Of a stretch of 64,000 nt of DNA, positions 21,487 through 31,156 are shown in pieces; position 1 is the stretch's first letter; every line of letters begins with the position of its first letter. The notes under the pieces are model-generated. The model saw only the letters and a list, made by a program, of their open reading frames with translations. It was not told the DNA's origin and searched no databases. The stretch comes from Bdellovibrionota bacterium (GTDB lineage: Bacteria > Bdellovibrionota > FAC87 > UBA2466 > JACKAF01). The translations under genes were made by a program, and so were the position numbers. The DNA lies in NCBI GenBank assembly GCA_041391485.1, contig JAWKNY010000002.1, forward strand, positions 128,245-192,244, written 5' to 3'.

Positions 21487-21563
21487 GCGGGACTAGCTCA
21501 GTTGGCTAGAGCGTCTCCTTGCCAAGGAGAAGGTCGCGGGTTCGAATCCCGTGTCCCGCTCCA
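21487..21563 (+). tRNA. tRNA-Gly (anticodon GCC), CCA encoded
   Basis: Cloverleaf read by hand: acceptor GCGGGAC/GTCCCGC, D arm GCTC-AGTTGGCTA-GAGC, anticodon arm TCTCC-TTGCCAA-GGAGA (GCC at 21521-21523), T arm GCGGG-TTCGAAT-CCCGT, discriminator T, CCA. Confidence 0.95.
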
Positions 21564-21572
21564 CTTTTACAC

Positions 21573-22451
21573 ATGAAATATCTCATCTACCGCATTTTAG
21601 GGAACGACCTTCCTTATCGCCACGGCCTGGGCCAAACTCTGCGCAATACTCAGTTTATCTTGAATCGTGAAGACCACGTTGGGCCCGCAAACCGCCGCTG
21701 GGTGCTGAATCGAATCTTTGACGCCAACATAGAGAACAAGCTCGTTCGCACCCTTGAGAAGCGAGGTGAAACCTTCGTTCGAATACCGTTTGAACAGGCG
21801 GTCTTTCGTGAAAAATTGGCAAGAGATCGTCAATCGGCTTTCGCTTATTTGACGAATGTCAACGCAGCACGAAACCTGGCACTAAGCGACGGACTAAAGA
21901 TTGCAGAATGGGTATTCCCATTCGACGGGTCGTGCATCGTCCCCAGAGCTGGAATTGTTGAATTGGAACTTGGCCTCTCTAACGTACAAACACCCTTGAT
22001 TGTCGTGCGAATGGCTCGCATTAGATCTTTTGCGAAGGTCAATCGACCTCCTGTCTTTACCGAAGAGGGCGTACCCACCGAAAAGTCCCTGGGGTTTTCA
22101 AGGAAGAGTCAGCTGCGTTTTGACGAGAACCGCATGTATGGAAAAGCCGATAAGGCAGCGTTATTGAATCAAATTGGCTTACCCGGACCCTGGAACACGT
22201 GGGCCGAGGCAGGTGAGGTTCCGAACTCCGCGGAAGCTTACACGGAATTCGGCTACATCGTTCGACTGCCCTCTGGAAATCGTTTTGCCGATTGGGGATA
22301 TTCGCGACGAAGGTATTTTCGGGAAGAGTGCTTTAACGCCACTCTGCGCTACGCCTCGCTGACAGATCGTGGCACATTCAAACTCAAGTGGAGACTGCGC
22401 GTATTTCTAAGAAATATATTGGCGTGGTGCGAACAACTGCTTCAGCTATGA
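21573..22451 (+). CDS. hypothetical protein, first gene of the glycan island
   Basis: Start is moved to ATG 21573 because the track ORF start overlaps the tRNA. Conserved-looking motifs YRILGNDLPYRHG, YLTNVNAARNLAL and WVFPFDGSC (possible DxD-like). Family not identified. Confidence 0.5.
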   Translation: MKYLIYRILGNDLPYRHGLGQTLRNTQFILNREDHVGPANRRWVLNRIFDANIENKLVRTLEKRGETFVRIPFEQAVFREKLARDRQSAFAYLTNVNAARNLALSDGLKIAEWVFPFDGSCIVPRAGIVELELGLSNVQTPLIVVRMARIRSFAKVNRPPVFTEEGVPTEKSLGFSRKSQLRFDENRMYGKADKAALLNQIGLPGPWNTWAEAGEVPNSAEAYTEFGYIVRLPSGNRFADWGYSRRRYFREECFNATLRYASLTDRGTFKLKWRLRVFLRNILAWCEQLLQL

Positions 22452-23576
22452 CGAATCAGGATTTCCGCATTCGGTTTTCTAACGGAAGCCGTAACTCGAT
22501 ACTTTTCGACCGGATGCCCTACGGCAATCATCATGATTGGCTTTTCGTACTCCTGAAGATCCAGACAATCCTTCAGGTCCTTCTCCACCAGCCGATCCAC
22601 GCAAAGGTTGAGGCAACAGGTGACAAGCCCCAAAGAATGCAAGGCATAAACTAGAGACATCGAAAACATGCCGCCATCGATCCAGCCCTGACGTCGCTCA
22701 CGAATACTAAAAAACGCGCGGGAATCACTCGTCACCAAAAGGAGACGCGTGACTCCATGTCCAAAGCCCCGATTACCGTTCTGAAAAGCCAGAGCGGCCT
22801 GGATGAATTGGGGATTTTTTAAATCGTGCAAAAACCAGGGTTGGCGATTGCAAACGGACGGTGATCGTTTGGCCATTCCAAGAGCCGAATCTATGAGGCT
22901 CATCGGATACCGGAGAGTCTGAAAAATCCCGCACACTGTGCCGGCAGTAAAACCAGGCCTTCAAATCTGCCCGAGCGTCCTTGAGAAAGTCCTCTCGGTT
23001 GATCTCCTGATAGCCACCGCCCTCTACCGCGTACGGCTTGCCCAGTAGAAGCCCGCACCGGGCTATCGCTTCGCGAAGATTGGTTTGAGCAATCCCGCCT
23101 TTTTCCTGGAAATCCGCATACCTCGTCAAGACCTGCAAAACCGTTCCGCACAGTTCGTGGGGTCCGTACTCCCTGATGTAGCGTTCAAGATCGCGGGCAA
23201 GGCCTTCTGAGACGCCCTCACCGAAGCCCGGCGCCCGTCCCGCAAACACAAGCGACTTTTCAAGTTTGTGGTACTCTTTGGTGAGTTTCGCGCGAAGATT
23301 GACTTCTGTCTCCACCATAAAAAATGGGGAAGCAAACTTGAAGTAACTTTCGATATCGTCCAAGTAAGTCAACAGGGCCCATCCTCCGTGCTTCCTGCAA
23401 AGGCCCCAAAAGCGCACCACAAGCCCAATAGAACTGAAAATCCGTTTTGAGAGAAGCCAATTTACCCAGACGCCGGGTTTCAAAACGCGAAGAATACTGC
23501 GCGGCTCTCTCTCGACGGGACGGGGAGCTGGTGTCTGTGAGTCAGCTGGCTGTTCTTCGATTCGCTTGGTCTCCAA
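22442..23576 (-). pseudogene. unknown N-terminal domain fused to a nitroreductase-family flavoprotein domain; frame broken once (ORFs 22773-23576 and 22442-22936)
   Basis: The upstream frame ends with CRHSVRDFSDSPVSDE. The downstream frame continues LIDSALGMAKRSPSVCNRQPW...IMMIAVGHP. Together these form the nitroreductase signature RxSxRxF...PV..E...I...A..APS..N.QPW. The junction is at 22895-22901. Confidence 0.7.
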
Positions 23577-24624
23577 CCTTATCTCCCCATTTCAATTGGT
23601 TTACGAGCTTTAGAGAGTCCTCCAGAAAACTCAAAGACTGGCTTCTCAACTTTCCCAAACGCTTCTGAATCGATCCATAGTCCAAATTATCAAACCACAA
23701 AACAGGTTGGCTGAAATCTTCCGGCGTAATAGGAATGCCAAGTTGTTGCAGCAATGCGTAGACTTTGTGGAAAGCATCCTTGCGATTTAGCCAAAGAATT
23801 TTCTTCCCTAGAATTAGCGAAAAAATAAAGGCGTGGTAGCGGTTTGTGACTACATGCGAACTTTGTGCGATGGCCTTCACCCATTCAGCGGGACCCGCAT
23901 CGCGGATGGCCTGAGTCTCTATAGAGCCCAGTCCATCCGCTTCAATGGCCCTCATGGGTAGCTGACAGCGTGCCTGCAAAGCTCTCACGGCAGTGCTCAT
24001 CTCCGGTTTATGTTGGAGTCGGGGAGTGTGTACCAGGATGTGCGCCTCTTTCAAATCGCCCGCTATCGAACTCCAATCAAAAAGTAGAGTGGGATCCAAA
24101 CATATTGAAACATCACCCGAGAAATGAGGAGCCACCAGATCTTGAGTGTGACGATCTCGAACAGAGATGCGATCAAATCGGGCGAGTAGTGGATAGGATC
24201 CTGGGTGCAAGGCTTTCGCGCCCGAGGCACTTGCCGCGTAGGCCACACGACGGGCTGGAGAGCGAACAAAGTCCAAGAAGAGGCTGGGATCGTAGCCATT
24301 CGCTCCGTCCGGATTCCAAATCTGGTCACTGCCCGCGATGTACAGGTCGTACTTTGTAAACTTAAGCTGATGCCTCGAATAGTAGGGAAACCCTCGTAGA
24401 CCCTTTAAGAAACCTTTGAACCGCGCCCGTCTGCGCCACTCGTGTAGGGATCGAGGGAACATTGGATTGAAATAGAATCGTCGAGTCCAAGCCGGGCGAT
24501 AGTCGATGATTTCCGCATTCATCCCGCGCTCACGAAGCACACGACACAGCGCATAGCTTTGAAGAACAGCTCCGTAATTCAGGGAATGGTGGAAGGTAAG
24601 AATACCGATGCGAGGAGCGGTCAT
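23542..24624 (-). CDS. polysaccharide pyruvyl transferase family protein
   Basis: 360-aa ORF. The N-terminus IGILTFHHSLNYGAVLQSYAL and IAGSDQIWNP are typical of the CsaB/WcaK-type pyruvyl transferase family. Confidence 0.8.
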   Translation of the reverse strand: MTAPRIGILTFHHSLNYGAVLQSYALCRVLRERGMNAEIIDYRPAWTRRFYFNPMFPRSLHEWRRRARFKGFLKGLRGFPYYSRHQLKFTKYDLYIAGSDQIWNPDGANGYDPSLFLDFVRSPARRVAYAASASGAKALHPGSYPLLARFDRISVRDRHTQDLVAPHFSGDVSICLDPTLLFDWSSIAGDLKEAHILVHTPRLQHKPEMSTAVRALQARCQLPMRAIEADGLGSIETQAIRDAGPAEWVKAIAQSSHVVTNRYHAFIFSLILGKKILWLNRKDAFHKVYALLQQLGIPITPEDFSQPVLWFDNLDYGSIQKRLGKLRSQSLSFLEDSLKLVNQLKWGDKVGDQANRRTAS

Positions 24625-24734
24625 GCGTACCTAACATTATGGCCGACCCCACGTCAGAAAGCGAATCTCAAGGTAGTTGAGACCCTCAAGATCTTTTATA
24701 ATTCAATAATCTCACCCGAAAAAAGGATCCCCCA

Positions 24735-26040
24735 ATGACTGATCTCAGCACGCCCTTTTTGGGCTTCGAACTTGAAAACCCCTGGTGCGTGGCATCCGCG
24801 CCCCCACGGCCACGGGCAAACTCATGGCCCAAGCTTTTGATGCGGGGTGGTCCGCCGCTGTGATGAAAACGGTGGGACCCGTGGAAGAGCCCATCGTGAA
24901 TGTCGCTCCGCGCATTCAGGCGATGAAGAAGTGGAAGCGTGAGATAGCCCTGCAAAACATCGAACTCATCACCGATCGCCGTCTCTCGGTTTGGCTTGAA
25001 GAGCTGAGGTTTTGCGCAAGCGCTACCCACGAAAAATGATCATTGGTTCAATCATGGCTCCCGGGCATGACATGCAGGCGTGGGCCCGGCTTGTTGAAGA
25101 AATGAACAAGGCCGGGTGCGACGCACTGGAGCTGAACCTCGGATGCCCACACGGAATGACCGAACGGGATATGGGTGCCATCTGCTCTCAGGACGCCGAG
25201 ATTGTTTTTAATATTGTGCAAACAGCGAAGAGTGTCTCCAAGATCCCCATCCTGACCAAACTCACTCCCAACGTAACCAACATCAAGGTGATGGCGGATG
25301 CAGCAAGAAAAGCAGGAACGGACGCCATTACGGTAATCAATACGGTCAACGGCATCATCGGAATCGATATTCGGAAACGTGAGCCGCTGCTTTCGGTAAA
25401 TGGGCTGACGGCCATAGGCGGAATCTCAGGAAACGCCGTCAAACCGGTCGGTCTCAAATGTGTGGCTGAATGCAAGCAGGCCACCGGACTTCCGGTCTCC
25501 GCTACAGGTGGCATATCGAGCTGGTCTGACGGTGTCGAATACCTTCTCATGGGAGCCGATCAGCTTCAGGTATGCAGTGAGATCATGATCCGTGGCTTTA
25601 AGATTATTCAACAGCTCAATAAGGGACTCGCTCGCTACATGGAAGAAATGGGATATAGCCGTCTGCAGGAAGTAAAAGGCGAACTCTATAAGAGCGTCAC
25701 CAGTTTTGAGACGCTCTTGAAAACGTCTTCCGCCGAAAAGGTGAAAGTAAACGAGGAAACCTGCACCGGATGCAAGCTCTGCGTGGTGGCATGCGAGGAC
25801 GCAGGCTATCACGCTCTCGCGATGAAGAGTGCGCCACCCTCACCGCGCACTTTGAAACCCCGGGAAGTTGCGGATGTCATCGTTCAAAATTGTACCGGTT
25901 GCAATCTGTGCGTCGCGGTCTGCCCAGTACCTGATTGCATGAGTCTCTATGACTCCAAGCAGACTTTTCCCTACGAGTTACACGCTAGCTACGCCGAAAA
26001 CACCCTAAGCTCCTCCGGCTCCAAAAAAGCCGCTGGATAA
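24735..26040 (+). pseudogene. dihydropyrimidine/dihydroorotate dehydrogenase-like FMN protein with C-terminal 2x[4Fe-4S] ferredoxin domain (PreA-like); two frame breaks
   Basis: Three frames read in series. The first gives MTDLSTPFLGFELENPWCVASAPP. The second gives TATGKLMAQAFDAGWSAAVMKTVG...NIELITDRRLSVWLEELR. The third gives LRKRYPRKMIIGSIM...LELNLGCPHGM...CTGCKLCVVACED...CTGCNLCVAVCP. Breaks are at CCCCC 24801-24805 and TTTT 25010-25013. Confidence 0.8.
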
Positions 26041-26048
26041 CTACCGCC

Positions 26049-26990
26049 ATGCCCAATCAAAACCTATCTATTTGTATCCCAACATACAAACGACCCGAGG
26101 TCTTAGCAGAGGGGCTTTCGTACTTAATTCCCTTCGCCAAAGAATTGGATATCGCCATCTTCGTGCAAGACGATGGCTCCCACGATCACACGCCCGATGT
26201 CGTTTCAAAATTGCAGGCGGAATACGAGCATCTCCACTTTAGAAGTTTGCCCGAGCGCCTGGGATACGATCGCAGCTTTCATCAATTGCTGACCTGGCCG
26301 ACAACGCGATACCGCTGGCTGCTGGGTGACTACAGTCGTATTCGCGGCGAATGGCTTGGGAAAATGCATGAGCTACTCACCGCTTCGCTGCCGCTCGACC
26401 TCGTCGTCGTGAACGGTGCGTATCGAATCAGGGGCCTCGCTTCGCAAGACTACGAAAGCGCGAACAAACTCTTACACGATCTCGGCTGGCACATGAGCTG
26501 GCTGAGCTGCTCCATCTACAGCGACCGCCTTGTGGAGAAAGCCGATTTCGAAACCTACTACGGCACGAACTTCGCTCACTTCTGTGCCATTTTTGACTAC
26601 CTGTCGCGGCGGCCGGTGCGGGTGAGATGGGAAGGGGAAAGCATCGTCTTCAATACCAAGCTTCCGCGAAAGCACTTCTATGAAGCCAAGACGATCCAAA
26701 TGTTCATCAACCGGTGGACGGAGGCCGTAATCTCCTTACCGCCAGCTTACTCTTTGAAAGAAAAGATCCACGCGCTTCGGGCCCATTCCCCGGCCACGAG
26801 AATGAATCGGTATAGAACCTTCATCGAGCATCGGGCCAACGGGAGCTACGACAGAGCAGTATTTAATGAGAATCGATGGCACCTATGGCTTGCCACTCCG
26901 CTATCCACGCGGAGGCTATCCTGGATTGCGCGCTCGCCGAGACTGCTCATGCGAACGTTGTCGAAATTAATGGGTTGGTTCAGTAACTAG
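26049..26990 (+). CDS. glycosyltransferase family 2-like protein
   Basis: 313-aa ORF. N-terminal LSICIPTYKRPEVL and an acidic motif VQDDGSHD. Confidence 0.65.
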   Translation: MPNQNLSICIPTYKRPEVLAEGLSYLIPFAKELDIAIFVQDDGSHDHTPDVVSKLQAEYEHLHFRSLPERLGYDRSFHQLLTWPTTRYRWLLGDYSRIRGEWLGKMHELLTASLPLDLVVVNGAYRIRGLASQDYESANKLLHDLGWHMSWLSCSIYSDRLVEKADFETYYGTNFAHFCAIFDYLSRRPVRVRWEGESIVFNTKLPRKHFYEAKTIQMFINRWTEAVISLPPAYSLKEKIHALRAHSPATRMNRYRTFIEHRANGSYDRAVFNENRWHLWLATPLSTRRLSWIARSPRLLMRTLSKLMGWFSN

Positions 26991-26994
26991 GAAT

Positions 26995-28317
26995 TTAGGC
27001 CGCAAGCGCGTGGAGCGAACCGAACTCAACAAGAGTCTCCTCCACGTACTTTAACATCTGCTCACTCAGCGTAGGCGAACACCCTAGGAAGAAGACCCGC
27101 TCAATGACCTGGTTGGCTAGAGGGTACTTTCGGAAATCATCCAATCCACTATAGGCGGGATGGCACAGGATATTTCCCCCAAAAAAGTTTCTTGTTTGGA
27201 TTCTTTTCGATTCGAGATGACGGACGATCTCATTCCTCATCGAAGCATTCGGGGCGACGATAGGGACCGCAAACCAACTGGTTCTCGCCTTGGGGTGCTC
27301 GTCGGGAACTTCGAATCCGGCTAGCCCGTCTTCGATCACGCTTTGCAGCCGATTCTTGATATCGATTCTTCGTCTAATAACCTCGGGTAACTTTGCAATT
27401 TGCACCAAACCGATACTTCCCTGAAGATCCAAAGGCTTTAAGTTGTAGCCGACATTTGAATAAACATAACGGTGATCCACGGTACACGCGACGGACGGGA
27501 GCCAGTTGGAAAACCGTTTTCCGCAAGTCCCATTCGGGAGCATGTTGTTTATTCCGCTACAATAACAATCGCGGCCCCAGTTGATCAAACTCCTGACCAC
27601 TTTTTCGAGTTCGCCGTCATTGACCGAAACCATACCGCCTTCACCCGTAGTGATGTGGTGGGCCGGGTAAAACGAGCAGGTAGAGGCGATGGCGTGGCTG
27701 CTCAGCGGCTTGCCATCCCACAAGGACCCTAAGCTATCGCACCCGTCCAGAACTAGCTCAATTCCGTGTTTCTTCGCCAACTGATCCAAACGGTCCATGT
27801 CGGGAGGGTTTCCTAGGCTCGGAGAAACCAGGATCGCACCGGTGTTCTTGTTGATCGCCGCCTCCACTTTGTCCAAATCAAAATTCAAATCGGACATTTG
27901 GATATCGACAAACTTGGGTCTCATCTGATTTTGTAATATCGGCGCAACGGAAGTGGGAAAACCTACGGCGGAAACAATGATTTCGGTTTTATCAGTCCAA
28001 CCCAAATACTTCTTAAGCGCACCGATCATCACCAAATTGGCGGAGGCTCCCCGAATTGGTCATGACTGATTTTTGGCCTCCACCACTTTCGAAAACTCAG
28101 CTTCAAAGCGACTGACCGCTTCGCCCGAGGCCAGCCATTTGCCCGCCAACAGAGATTCAATCGCTGCGACTACCTCCTCTTCATTCCAGAAGGGCCCGCC
28201 ATAGAGTACAGTGTCTTTTGCTGGATCGAATTCCTTCTTGCGCATGTTGTGCAAGTACGGAAACAGATCGTGCTCTTTTTTTAGAGCTTTCAGCCAGCTT
28301 TTAATTTTCTCTCGCAA
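26995..28317 (-). pseudogene. rfbH: RfbH/DdhC-type PLP/PMP-dependent sugar 3-dehydratase (DegT/DnrJ/EryC1 family); compensated double frameshift
   Basis: SFYPAHHITTGEGG, with His in place of the usual Lys, is the E1/RfbH hallmark. ORFs 28060-28317 and 26995-28035 share one frame, separated by a TGA. An 18-20 nt stretch in another frame reads SVMTNSGS. Breaks are at AAAAA 28070-28074 and GGGG 28049-28052 (coding strand). Confidence 0.85.
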
Positions 28318-29147
28318 TTGCAGATCTCCGTAATTGAGCTTTCAATCGAACGCGAAGGTTCGAAACCCAAAGCTCTTATTTTGGAAACATCGAGGTAAGA
28401 ATCCGTTACTTTGTCGTCCGCAGACTCAATTATTCGACTCTTGGACTTGAGCTGCATATGAGCCATGTCAATCAGGTTACGAAACAGGTACCTTTTGCCC
28501 GAACCAATATTGATAATCGAATTGAGTGGCGCGCTTAGTAAACAAAGGTCAAGCGCCCGAACTACATCTTCCACATGAAGATAGTCGCGAAAAAAGTTTC
28601 CCCCAGCGGACAAGGTAATGTCACGGTCGTGTGCCATTTCGGAAATCAAATACTGCAAAGCATTTTTTTCCTTAGACCATCTATCTGTAGGACCAATCAC
28701 GTTGGATAAGCGAAATATTCGATACGCTAAGCCAAAAGTTTCGCAGTACGTAATGAGAAGCTGTTCGGCGGTTCGCTTAGTCATTGAGTAAAAGCCCCGG
28801 GGCTGACAAGCAGACTCTTCCTTGGCAGGAAGGGCACAGTTCCCATACACAAACCAACTGGAAACAAAGTTGAAGACCCCGCCCGTTTCCCTAAACTCGG
28901 AAAGCGCTTCGAGTAGCACTCCAATATTCGTTTGGTAATCCAACGTGAGGTCAGAGAAGATATTCTGATTGTGTGTAGTGCTGATCAGGTAAAGAATCTG
29001 CTCAGACCGAGGAACGCGTTCCTTTTTTGGAATAGAAACCGTAGGAAGCGAAGACAAACGGCAAAACTCGCTCCCAATAAACCCTGTGGAACCAAAGACC
29101 GAAACTTTGCTGTCCCACTCTTCGCCTTTTGCTCTTTTACACGTCAT
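28290..29147 (-). CDS. NAD(P)-dependent sugar epimerase/reductase (short SDR, RfbS/RfbJ-sized)
   Basis: 285-aa ORF. Rossmann motif VFGSTGFIG and catalytic YSMTK (YxxxK). It overlaps the rfbH start by 28 nt. Confidence 0.75.
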   Translation of the reverse strand: MTCKRAKGEEWDSKVSVFGSTGFIGSEFCRLSSLPTVSIPKKERVPRSEQILYLISTTHNQNIFSDLTLDYQTNIGVLLEALSEFRETGGVFNFVSSWFVYGNCALPAKEESACQPRGFYSMTKRTAEQLLITYCETFGLAYRIFRLSNVIGPTDRWSKEKNALQYLISEMAHDRDITLSAGGNFFRDYLHVEDVVRALDLCLLSAPLNSIINIGSGKRYLFRNLIDMAHMQLKSKSRIIESADDKVTDSYLDVSKIRALGFEPSRSIESSITEICNCERKLKAG

Positions 29148-29342
29148 CTCGCCCTAGTTATCGTCGGTAAAACCCTTAGTCTGAAGGCAAAGACAAGCGG
29201 ACCTAAACCATTGAATTAGTGTAGAAAGCCGGTGGTTTTCGCTTCTTTGATCAACAAGCAACCCAGCGCAGCGCGGCATTGCCCCAGTGCGTCATCCCTG
29301 GCTCTGGTATAATGGAGGCCATCGCACGCGATAGATTTTTCT

Positions 29343-30230
29343 TTGTTCTCTAAGATTTCAAGGCCACTAGTGAAAACGAGCGTTCTCATTCTGAACTGGA
29401 ATAGCTCAGACGAAACAATCCGACTACACAGCGAAATCAAAAAGCTGAACGCCGGCTTCAACGTTACCGTTATCGACAACAGTTCGAGGCCCAAGGACCA
29501 GGAAAACCTTAGGCGCCACATTCCCAGCGAAGATTTCATTCAATCAGGTAAGAACCTAGGCTACTCGTGGGGTAACAACTTCGGCCTTAGAAAGGCCATC
29601 GAAAACGGTTACGACTGTGCCTGCATCCTGAACCCCGACATCCTGATAAAAGACAATTTCATCTCCCCTTTGGTGAGCCAATTGGAGACAAACCCTCAGA
29701 TCGCAGCAATTGGTCCACGAGTTTGTTACCGGGAGCGCGAGGATACTATCTATTCAGATGGAGGCGTCGTTGATCTAAGCGGAGGTTTTCATACACGCCA
29801 CCAGCACTACAACAAGCCCGTCTCGGAAGTCCCGGCTAAGGTACGGGACGTAGACTATGTCCATGGCGGCGCAATGCTTCTGAATCTCAAAGCAGTCAAA
29901 GACGTCGGCCTTTTGGATGAAAGTTTGTTCATGTATTTCGATGAAGTGGAGTGGTGCCTTAGAGCGAAGCAGGCAGGGTGGCGCCTAGTGGCGGACCCTC
30001 GAGTCACGGTATTCCACCTCACCAGTCCGAAGGGCCCTGCTTATCACTTCTACATGGTTCGAAATAGGATTTGGGTGGCAAAACGCTTTGGCCGGGGCCG
30101 CCCGACCCTGACTTGTGTGGCCCGCGACTTGTATTACGAACTCAGGCAGAACCTAGCCCGGGCGAAGTGGCCCGGTAACCACTTCATGAGCCGAATTCGA
30201 GGATTCCTCAGCGGACTTTTATCTCAGTAG
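29343..30230 (+). CDS. glycosyltransferase family 2 (rhamnosyltransferase-like)
   Basis: 295-aa ORF with SVLILNWNSSDETI, VIDNSS and MYFDEVEWCLRA. Confidence 0.8.
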   Translation: MFSKISRPLVKTSVLILNWNSSDETIRLHSEIKKLNAGFNVTVIDNSSRPKDQENLRRHIPSEDFIQSGKNLGYSWGNNFGLRKAIENGYDCACILNPDILIKDNFISPLVSQLETNPQIAAIGPRVCYREREDTIYSDGGVVDLSGGFHTRHQHYNKPVSEVPAKVRDVDYVHGGAMLLNLKAVKDVGLLDESLFMYFDEVEWCLRAKQAGWRLVADPRVTVFHLTSPKGPAYHFYMVRNRIWVAKRFGRGRPTLTCVARDLYYELRQNLARAKWPGNHFMSRIRGFLSGLLSQ

Positions 30231-30240
30231 TCTTCTTACT

Positions 30241-31134
30241 TCAGCGGCCAAATAGCCGCGACAAACGGGATACTCCACCACTCAGAACCCGAAAGACCCG
30301 ACTATAGCGATTCAAATAACGAAATCGCAGTTTCCAATTCAGGTACAGGAAGTGTTTCTTGAAAAGAATATACTCGAAGGCGGGAAATTCATCCCTCTTG
30401 CTCGTTTGAGTTGTTTGCTGAGCGTGCAACCGATACTTAACTAGCGGACGATCGATTATTCCGATTCTGTACTTCCTAAGAACACGTGTGTAAAATTCCA
30501 TGTCCAGCAGCTGGGAAAGTTGCTCGCTAAAAAGACCCACGTCCGAAAAAACTTCTTTTCGGATCAAGGCCGCCATCGGTTCCCCCACTTTGTTGACTGG
30601 AGACATTACTATGGCGTCCGAGCCTAGGATTTCCTTGTCCAAAAAGCCGATACCGTTTTCACGCTTGAGCTTCACATCTTTCTGCAGATCGCCGTACTTT
30701 TCAATCCAACCTTTGGCGTTCACATCGTAGTTCTCGTCAACCAGAATCACGCGCTTTGAGGCAACCATCCCCATCTGGGGATGTTCTTCAAGTACCCGTA
30801 CCATCTCTTCAACACAGCGCGGTTCGAGAAGATCATCTTGAAAAAGAAATTTGATGTACTTGCCCTTGGAAAGTTCAATAGCATTATTCCAGTTGGCCCC
30901 CATGCCTCGGGGTTCGTGCACGTGTAGCACAAAGGGGATTTTTGCTTCACTTTTATGCCGCTCAACGATGGCACGCGTTCCATCAGTGGAATTGTCATCA
31001 GACACAATAATTTCGAGATTGGGGTAGGTCTGATCCAGGGCCGATCGAATCGCTAGATCGAGAAACTCCGCACCGTTTCGAGTTGGGATACAGATGGAAA
31101 CTAGCGGAAAGTTTTTATTCGTGGTCATTGCCAT
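30241..31134 (-). CDS. glycosyltransferase family 2
   Basis: VSICIPTRNGAEFLDLAIRSALDQTYPNLEIIVSDDNSTDGT. Start is placed at ATG 31134 (MAMTTNKNFPL). The track start 31188 would overlap the upstream gene by 32 nt. Confidence 0.8.
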   Translation of the reverse strand: MAMTTNKNFPLVSICIPTRNGAEFLDLAIRSALDQTYPNLEIIVSDDNSTDGTRAIVERHKSEAKIPFVLHVHEPRGMGANWNNAIELSKGKYIKFLFQDDLLEPRCVEEMVRVLEEHPQMGMVASKRVILVDENYDVNAKGWIEKYGDLQKDVKLKRENGIGFLDKEILGSDAIVMSPVNKVGEPMAALIRKEVFSDVGLFSEQLSQLLDMEFYTRVLRKYRIGIIDRPLVKYRLHAQQTTQTSKRDEFPAFEYILFKKHFLYLNWKLRFRYLNRYSRVFRVLSGGVSRLSRLFGR

Positions 31135-31156
31135 GCCTACACACTTGAGAATCCGA

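Noticed and set aside
21519-21572. N-terminal extension of ORF 21519-22451 (MPRRRSRVRIPCPAPLLH...)
   Set aside because: It is encoded by the 3' half of tRNA-Gly on the same strand, so it is spurious. The start was moved to ATG 21573.
29216-29539. 107-aa minus-strand ORF across the divergent intergenic region and the 5' end of GT2 29343-30230
   Set aside because: It overlaps a motif-supported GT2 gene, has no RBS or recognisable domain, and is more likely a chance ORF in AT-richer DNA.
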